DNA of 64,000 nt, from the sequence record CP019900.1; one strand, 5' to 3'. Shown piece after piece: positions 57,505 through 64,000 of this stretch (positions are counted from its first letter, which is position 1; the number at the start of each line of letters is the position of its first letter). The position numbers and the translations under genes were made by a program. Under the pieces are notes generated by a model. The model was given only the letters and a program-made list of their open reading frames with translations, was not told the DNA's origin and made no database searches. The DNA is from a plasmid.

Positions 57505-58540
57505 GGCCCCGCGCCGCTGCCGTGTGGAAATCCGCCCACCTTGCCGGGCGCCGCTGCCGTGTGGGAATCGGCCCACCTTGCCGGGCGCCGGTGCCGTGTG
57601 GGAATCGGCCCACCTTGCCGCGCGCCGGTGCCGTGTGGGAATCCGCCCACCTTGCCGGGCGAGGCTGCCGCGTGGGAATCGGCCCACCTTGCCGGGCGAG
57701 GCTGCCGCGTGGGAATCGGCCCACCTTGCCGGGCGAGGCTGCCGCGTGGGAATCGGCCCACCTTGCCGGGCGCGGCTGCCGTGTGGGAATCGGCCCACCT
57801 TGCCGCGCGCCGGTGCCGTGTGGAAATCGGCCCACCTTGCCGCGCGCCGGTGCCGTGTGGGAATCCGCCCACCTTGCCGCGCGCCGGTGCCGTGTGGGAA
57901 TCCGCCCACCTTGCCGGGCGAGGCTGCCGCGTGGGAATCGGCCCACCTTGCCGGGCGAGGCTGCCGTGTGGGAATCCGCCCACCTTGCCGGGCGAGGCTG
58001 CCGTGTGGGAATCCGCCCACCTTGCCGGGCGAGGCTGCCGCGTGAGAATCCGCCCACCTTGCCGGGCGCCGCTGCCGTGTGGAAATCCGCCCATCTTGCC
58101 GGGCGCCGCTGCCGCGTGAGAATCCGCCCACCTTGCCGGGCGCCGCTGCCGCGTGGGAATCGGCCCACCTTGCCGGGCGCCGCTGCCGCGTGAGAATCGG
58201 CCCACCTTGCCGGGCGCCGCTGCCGCGTGGGAATCGGCCCACCTTGCCGGGCGCCGCTGCCGCGTGAGAATCCGCCCACCTTGCCGGGCGCCGCTGCCGT
58301 GTGGAAATCCGCCCATCTTGCCGGGCGCCGCTGCCGCGTGAGAATCCGCCCACCTTGCCGGGCGCCGCTGCCGTGTGGAAATCCGCCCATCTTGCCGGGC
58401 GCCGCTGCCGTGTGGAAATCCGCCCATCTTGCCGGGCGCCGCTGTAGTGTGGAAATCCGCCCATCTTGCCGGGCGCCGCTGTCGTGTGGGAATCCGCCCA
58501 TCTTGCCGGGCGCCGGTGCTGTGTGGAAATTCGCCCATCT
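57505..58540 (+). repeat. tandem array 2: ~28 copies of the same 37-bp unit, same orientation as array 1, with blocks of sub-variants (GGGCGAGGCTGCCGCGTG, GCGCGCCGGTGCCGTGTG, GGGCGCCGCTGCCGCGTGAGAATC...)
   Basis: Directly visible head-to-tail repeats. Variant units are clustered in runs of 2-4, suggesting local expansion. Confidence 0.95.
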
Positions 58541-58588
58541 TCATGACAAAAATTTGTCAAATGACAGGCTCATGTGTGCTGATTTATG

Positions 58589-59066
58589 TCAGACGGGATT
58601 TTGCTTATCAATTATTGAGAACAGAAATTTTCCTGAATCATCAATACTATACTTAGCAAGTAAAGGTGTTTTCTCATTTATCTGCTTGAGTGCAGGATCA
58701 AGGAAAGATCGTTTCAACTCTGCCAAGTTCTTCTGTTGGGATTCCGGCAAAAGGAAACGGTCATTTAACCAAGCATGAGTAGTAACCCATAAGCCTGAAG
58801 ATTTGAATTGAGCAAGACTTTCATAAAGGCGGATCGTCCGGGGATTTCGAAGACTGCCACAATCGCGGAGCGAGTAGGTGGTGAACTGGTTCGTCAGGCC
58901 GTAAATGTACCGCAGGAGTTTATGGTTAAATTCGATTTCCCAGATACCACGAGCTGATCGGCTGCCAGCCTCTGTTAGCCAGGGGCGCGCGACGCAGTCA
59001 AAACGCCCCTCTTTCGGGTAAAAGATTACCGCAGAACGGCTTAACTCAAACACGCCTTCTTTAACA
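58589..59066 (-). pseudogene. Rep_3-family (RepE/RepB-like) replication initiator, C-terminal ~150 codons; the 5' end is removed by IS26
   Basis: …NHKLLRYIYGLTNQFTTYSLRDCGSLRNPRTIRLYESLAQFKSSGLWVTTHAWLNDRFLLPESQQKNLAELKRSFLDPALKQINEKTPLL aligns with the F RepE C-terminal half (…[82 protein letters not shown]). The ORF's apparent start lies inside the IS26 repeat. Confidence 0.7.
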
Positions 59067-59886
59067 GGCACTGTTGCAAATAGTCGGTGGTGATAAACTT
59101 ATCATCCCCTTTTGCTGATGGAGCTGCACATGAACCCATTCAAAGGCCGGCATTTTCAGCGTGACATCATTCTGTGGGCCGTACGCTGGTACTGCAAATA
59201 CGGCATCAGTTACCGTGAGCTGCAGGAGATGCTGGCTGAACGCGGAGTGAATGTCGATCACTCCACGATTTACCGCTGGGTTCAGCGTTATGCGCCTGAA
59301 ATGGAAAAACGGCTGCGCTGGTACTGGCGTAACCCTTCCGATCTTTGCCCGTGGCACATGGATGAAACCTACGTGAAGGTCAATGGCCGCTGGGCGTATC
59401 TGTACCGGGCCGTCGACAGCCGGGGCCGCACTGTCGATTTTTATCTCTCCTCCCGTCGTAACAGCAAAGCTGCATACCGGTTTCTGGGTAAAATCCTCAA
59501 CAACGTGAAGAAGTGGCAGATCCCGCGATTCATCAACACGGATAAAGCGCCCGCCTATGGTCGCGCACTTGCTCTGCTCAAACGCGAAGGCCGGTGCCCG
59601 TCTGACGTTGAACACCGACAGATTAAGTACCGGAACAACGTGATTGAATGCGATCATGGCAAACTGAAACGGATAATCGGCGCCACGCTGGGATTTAAAT
59701 CCATGAAGACGGCTTACGCCACCATCAAAGGTATTGAGGTGATGCGTGCACTACGCAAAGGCCAGGCCTCAGCATTTTATTATGGTGATCCCCTGGGCGA
59801 AATGCGCCTGGTAAGCAGAGTTTTTGAAATGTAAGGCCTTTGAATAAGACAAAACGCTGCCTCATCGCTAACTTTGCAACAGTGCC
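59067..59886 (+). mobile_element. IS26 copy 2 (820 bp)
   Basis: Repeats GGCACTGTTGCAAA at both ends. Flanks CTTTAACA / GTCGATAT, so no duplication. Confidence 0.97.
59112..59834 (+). CDS. tnp26: IS26 transposase
   Basis: 240 aa, canonical KRIIGATLGF. Confidence 0.97.
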   Translation: MLMELHMNPFKGRHFQRDIILWAVRWYCKYGISYRELQEMLAERGVNVDHSTIYRWVQRYAPEMEKRLRWYWRNPSDLCPWHMDETYVKVNGRWAYLYRAVDSRGRTVDFYLSSRRNSKAAYRFLGKILNNVKKWQIPRFINTDKAPAYGRALALLKREGRCPSDVEHRQIKYRNNVIECDHGKLKRIIGATLGFKSMKTAYATIKGIEVMRALRKGQASAFYYGDPLGEMRLVSRVFEM

Positions 59887-60120
59887 GTCGATATTCTCTC
59901 ATCAATTCGAAATGTGAGGTTCTTCACAGGATGATGCCTATAACAGGATAATCCATATCTGCGACAAACCTGAACTGTGTTTTACTGATTTATCTAGATA
60001 TGCTTAGAAAACAAAATAAATTTTTCATTTCAATAAAATAACGAAAATTTGTTTTGTTTAATTTCGTACCTGATCCTGAGCATGCAGTATCACCTGAATC
60101 CTTAGTTCTATGGTGGAAAA

Positions 60121-61554
60121 ATGAAAACATTACATACGTCACATAACTTACCCTTCTCTACAAAGATATCTTATGGTATCGGTGGTTTCGGAAAAGATTT
60201 TGGTCTGGTTGTAGTTAATACCTTTCTCTTTTTCTATTACACCGACGTAGTTGGAATTAAGGCTGAAATTGCTGGATTGATTTTCCTGATTGCAAGATTC
60301 TGGGATATCGTCGCGGACGTTTTTATTGCTTATCTAATTAGTAAAACCCGAACGTGCTGGGGAAAGTATAAACCATGGATCCTGGCAGGAAACCTACTCA
60401 ATGGTCTTGCCACTGTTGCTCTTTTTTCAGCCCATAATTTCTCAGGGGACATGCTAATTGCGTACGTCACCCTGACATACATTTTATGGGGAACAACGTA
60501 TACTATCTCCGATGCTCCCTTCTGGTCATTGTTACCCACGATTACTCTTGATAAAAAAGAACGAGAGACAATTATGCCATGGCCTCGTATTTTTGCATCT
60601 GGGGCAAATTATATTGCCAGTGCATCAGCGATGGTATTGATACATTTATTGGGGAAAGGGAATGATGCTATTGGCTTTATGCTGCTGGCGGTAATTTGTG
60701 GCACTTTAAGCATAATCAGTGCTGCTGTAACCTGCCGCTGGGTAAAGCGAAATTACAAAGAAGATGATATGGAAGATAACCATCACTTTAGCATCCGTAC
60801 AGCATTGACAATCATTACAAAAAATAACCAATTGCTTTGGTTGTTAACGCTAGCCATATTTTTTATCATCTCAACAAACATCACTCAGGCTCTTAATATA
60901 TACTACTTTACCTATGTCATTCGTGAGCAACAAATGTTCTCGTACTTCATGATAGTCGGTGGAATATTTGGTGTTGCGTCGATCCTTTTCTTTACTCGCG
61001 CAGTAGATTTATTCGGAAGAAAAAACATTTTCATTCTTTCTCTTCTTTGTCCGGTGGCATCTTGTTTATTATTATACCTTTCTTCGCTCCTTAATCATGG
61101 ATGGTCAGTTAACATTATGATTTTATGCTCAGGCATCTTTATGGGGTTAGCTAACGCTCTGTACTGGTTGATGATATTTATTATGGTTGCAGACACAATC
61201 GATTATGGCGATATGAAGATGGGACTTCGGGCAGAGGCTGTGTCTTACTCTGCTCATTCACTGATTATTAAAATGGGTGCGGCCATTACTGGCTTCCTCG
61301 TTGGGCTGATGTTAGATGCGATTCATTATGTTCCTAAAGTCAATCAGACGTCGGAAACCATTAATGGATTCCACCTCATCTATGTAGTCCCTTCATTACT
61401 GTGCCTGGTCTCATTATATATATATCGTAAACATTACATACTTAACGACGAAATGCTGATTTCAGTTCAGTTAAAGCTGGAAGAAAAATACCGCAAAATA
61501 AAAAGTAAGGCCGTACGCGAAGAACATGAGCCCACTATTTCAGTGAGCCTTTAA
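60121..61554 (+). CDS. GPH-family (MelB-like) glycoside:cation symporter
   Basis: 12-TM, N-terminal GPH signature (…DIVADVFIAYLISKTRTCWGKYKPWILAG…). Low-GC codon usage, unlike its surroundings. Confidence 0.8.
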   Translation: MKTLHTSHNLPFSTKISYGIGGFGKDFGLVVVNTFLFFYYTDVVGIKAEIAGLIFLIARFWDIVADVFIAYLISKTRTCWGKYKPWILAGNLLNGLATVALFSAHNFSGDMLIAYVTLTYILWGTTYTISDAPFWSLLPTITLDKKERETIMPWPRIFASGANYIASASAMVLIHLLGKGNDAIGFMLLAVICGTLSIISAAVTCRWVKRNYKEDDMEDNHHFSIRTALTIITKNNQLLWLLTLAIFFIISTNITQALNIYYFTYVIREQQMFSYFMIVGGIFGVASILFFTRAVDLFGRKNIFILSLLCPVASCLLLYLSSLLNHGWSVNIMILCSGIFMGLANALYWLMIFIMVADTIDYGDMKMGLRAEAVSYSAHSLIIKMGAAITGFLVGLMLDAIHYVPKVNQTSETINGFHLIYVVPSLLCLVSLYIYRKHYILNDEMLISVQLKLEEKYRKIKSKAVREEHEPTISVSL

Positions 61555-61614
61555 AGAACAAAAGGCCTTAAACATCTGAATACCGTCTAATAGATTGAAT
61601 AAAAAGGAAATAAT

Positions 61615-62880
61615 ATGAAAAAAGTCGCACTTACCCCGCCAAAAGGTTGGAACAGCTGGGATATATATGGCGCATCGGTTACCGAAGAAGAGGTTCGTAG
61701 CAATGCGAGAGTGATGGCTGATAAATTAAAATCATCCGGTTGGGACTACGTTGTCGTGGACATACAGTGGTACGAACCTACTGCTCTCACATCTACCTAC
61801 AATACTTTTGCCTCTGTCTGCATGGATGAGTTCAGCAGGGTGATCCCAGCTGTCAACCGTTTCCCTTCAAGCGAGGGCGGAAATGGCTTTAAACCTCTTG
61901 CTGACTACATTCATAGTCTCGGACTTAAATTTGGCATTCATATTCTCAGAGGCATTCCTCGAGAGGCGGTTCATAAGCGCTTACCTGTTAAAGGCACTCA
62001 TTTGACAGCGGATGAGATTGCAACCAATACAATTTGCCCCTGGAATTCAGATATGTATGGTGTAAACACAGAATTAGCTGAAGGCCAGCTGTATTATGAC
62101 TCACTTCTTGAGTTGTACGCATCCTGGGACATAGACTTCATTAAAGTGGATGACATTGCATTCTCTAAGATTTACCCAAATGCACATCTTGATGAAATAA
62201 AAGCGATAAGAAAAGCAATTGATAAGGTTGACCGAAATATTGTCCTGTCCCTGTCTCCTGGACCTGCACACCTAAGAGATGGCGCATTCCTGCAGCAAAA
62301 TGCCAACATGTGGCGTCTAACAGATGATTTTTGGGATGAATGGCCAATGATTCTTGATATGTTTGAACGCTGTAACAGTTGGTCTCCTTTTATCCGACCA
62401 GGGAACTGGCCTGACTGCGACATGCTTCCGTTAGGCCGCATAGCTATTCGATCCGATGAAAGAGGCTTATCTGAACGCGATACGCGGCTATCTAAAGATG
62501 AGCAACAAACCATGATGACTCTATGGTCAATCTTCCAGTCTCCGCTTATGTTTGGAGGGGATATGACTCAACTGGATGAGTGGACACTAAGTCTTTTGAA
62601 CAATGAAGAAATAAATGCCATGCATCTTAAGCTAATTAATCAGAAACAGGTCTATCGAGATAATACCTGGGTTATCTGGGAAGCCATGTCTCCACACGAT
62701 AGCTATGTCGCAGTGTTTAATATCTCTGATACCGTTGCAGTTTTACCTGAAGAACTTAAAAACGAATATCTCCCTGCTTCCGATTATCTTGAATTGTGGA
62801 GAGGAAAAGATAAATCGGTTCTGAAAGAGACAGTTAACCCACATGCCAGCTATATTTTTCGTGCTTTGTCTAAAAATTAA
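61615..62880 (+). CDS. GH27-like glycoside hydrolase (alpha-galactosidase-like fold)
   Basis: N-terminal TPPKGWNSWD…GWDYVVVDIQW and DFIKVDDI align with the GH27 motifs TPPMGWNSWN…GYxYxxxDDCW and YLKYDNC (nucleophile Asp). No signal peptide. Confidence 0.65.
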   Translation: MKKVALTPPKGWNSWDIYGASVTEEEVRSNARVMADKLKSSGWDYVVVDIQWYEPTALTSTYNTFASVCMDEFSRVIPAVNRFPSSEGGNGFKPLADYIHSLGLKFGIHILRGIPREAVHKRLPVKGTHLTADEIATNTICPWNSDMYGVNTELAEGQLYYDSLLELYASWDIDFIKVDDIAFSKIYPNAHLDEIKAIRKAIDKVDRNIVLSLSPGPAHLRDGAFLQQNANMWRLTDDFWDEWPMILDMFERCNSWSPFIRPGNWPDCDMLPLGRIAIRSDERGLSERDTRLSKDEQQTMMTLWSIFQSPLMFGGDMTQLDEWTLSLLNNEEINAMHLKLINQKQVYRDNTWVIWEAMSPHDSYVAVFNISDTVAVLPEELKNEYLPASDYLELWRGKDKSVLKETVNPHASYIFRALSKN

Positions 62881-62906
62881 TGAACACTAGATTGACTTCA
62901 CTAAAG

Positions 62907-63726
62907 GGCACTGTTGCAAATAGTCGGTGGTGATAAACTTATCATCCCCTTTTGCTGATGGAGCTGCACATGAACCCATTCAAAGGCCGGCATTTTCAGC
63001 GTGACATCATTCTGTGGGCCGTACGCTGGTACTGCAAATACGGCATCAGTTACCGTGAGCTGCAGGAGATGCTGGCTGAACGCGGAGTGAATGTCGATCA
63101 CTCCACGATTTACCGCTGGGTTCAGCGTTATGCGCCTGAAATGGAAAAACGGCTGCGCTGGTACTGGCGTAACCCTTCCGATCTTTGCCCGTGGCACATG
63201 GATGAAACCTACGTGAAGGTCAATGGCCGCTGGGCGTATCTGTACCGGGCCGTCGACAGCCGGGGCCGCACTGTCGATTTTTATCTCTCCTCCCGTCGTA
63301 ACAGCAAAGCTGCATACCGGTTTCTGGGTAAAATCCTCAACAACGTGAAGAAGTGGCAGATCCCGCGATTCATCAACACGGATAAAGCGCCCGCCTATGG
63401 TCGCGCGCTTGCTCTGCTCAAACGCGAAGGCCGGTGCCCGTCTGACGTTGAACACCGACAGATTAAGTACCGGAACAACGTGATTGAATGCGATCATGGC
63501 AAACTGAAACGGATAATCGGCGCCACGCTGGGATTTAAATCCATGAAGACGGCTTACGCCACCATCAAAGGTATTGAGGTGATGCGTGCACTACGCAAAG
63601 GCCAGGCCTCAGCATTTTATTATGGTGATCCCCTGGGCGAAATGCGCCTGGTAAGCAGAGTTTTTGAAATGTAAGGCCTTTGAATAAGACAAAACGCTGC
63701 CTCATCGCTAACTTTGCAACAGTGCC
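62907..63726 (+). mobile_element. IS26 copy 3 (820 bp), direct repeat of copy 2
   Basis: Identical ends. Flanks CACTAAAG / CCTAATCG. Together with copy 2 it bounds a 3.0-kb cargo, giving a pseudo-compound transposon or translocatable-unit configuration. Confidence 0.97.
62952..63674 (+). CDS. tnp26: IS26 transposase
   Basis: Identical to copy 2. Confidence 0.97.
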   Translation: MLMELHMNPFKGRHFQRDIILWAVRWYCKYGISYRELQEMLAERGVNVDHSTIYRWVQRYAPEMEKRLRWYWRNPSDLCPWHMDETYVKVNGRWAYLYRAVDSRGRTVDFYLSSRRNSKAAYRFLGKILNNVKKWQIPRFINTDKAPAYGRALALLKREGRCPSDVEHRQIKYRNNVIECDHGKLKRIIGATLGFKSMKTAYATIKGIEVMRALRKGQASAFYYGDPLGEMRLVSRVFEM

Positions 63727-64000
63727 CCTAATCGTGTTCAGCAGAATAGCCGGAGGAAGTTTCCTACTGTCGATAAGAAAGGATTGGCACAGGGAGTGTG
63801 AATATCGAAACACCATCACAGAATAATGCCAGATAGAAATGCGATAGTAGGGTTGGATATTTAAATAAGGAGCATCCCGACTTAAAATGAATATGACTGC
63901 GTAACCAGGCGCAATAAAAAAAGCGAAAGAATCGCTTTTATTCTGGTTGTTTTTTCGAAGAGTGACCGTTTTCTGAGATGACAAGAAATAAGGAAGTCCT

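Noticed and set aside
57381-58778. Long ORFs (up to 387 aa) on both strands across tandem array 2
   Set aside because: Same artefact as in array 1.

Overview
This window reads as a mosaic segment of an F-like (IncF) plasmid from an Enterobacteriaceae host, by eye Klebsiella/Enterobacter-like in GC and codon usage. Identifications rest on recalled similarity to named proteins; nothing was searched.

The window opens inside an IS903-like element that has cut traD. It continues through intact traI (MOBF relaxase/helicase), traX and finO. Downstream of two hypothetical membrane-protein genes and a resolvase helix-turn-helix remnant lies a ~16 kb catabolic island:
- a three-gene opine-oxidase-like FAD/[2Fe-2S] oxidoreductase cluster;
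- an OccR-like LysR regulator;
- an Occ/His-type polar amino acid ABC transporter with two paralogous periplasmic binding proteins;
- a complete astCADBE arginine succinyltransferase operon, with astD frameshifted in a poly-G run;
- a RidA-family gene.

A second IS903 copy with clean 9-bp target duplications sits inside a Tn3-family inverted repeat. The next stretch holds:
- an AT-rich unknown gene fused to the tail of the tap leader of a dead IncFII replicon (repA1 with an internal deletion);
- a BCCT transporter and a DUF2254-like membrane protein;
- a Tn3-family arsenic transposon (arsRDABC with an amber codon in arsD, tnpR, res, tnpA) nested among fragments of at least three other Tn3-family transposases;
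- a cupin gene;
- a Tn21-type tnpA cut by a variant IS26.

The 3' third contains:
- two same-orientation arrays (~13.5 and ~28 copies) of a GC-rich 37-bp tandem repeat, which bracket an IS630 copy, a chromosomal-type cynR-cynTS-cynX' fragment and an IS5 copy;
- a Rep_3-family initiator gene truncated by IS26;
- a low-GC module for a GPH sugar symporter plus a GH27-like glycosidase, bounded by two directly repeated IS26 copies.

The most interesting candidate 'system' is the plasmid-borne oxidase/regulator/transporter/AST island, which looks like an opine- or arginine-derivative utilisation pathway. The repeat arrays and the unknown gene grafted onto the IncFII control region are the next most unusual items.
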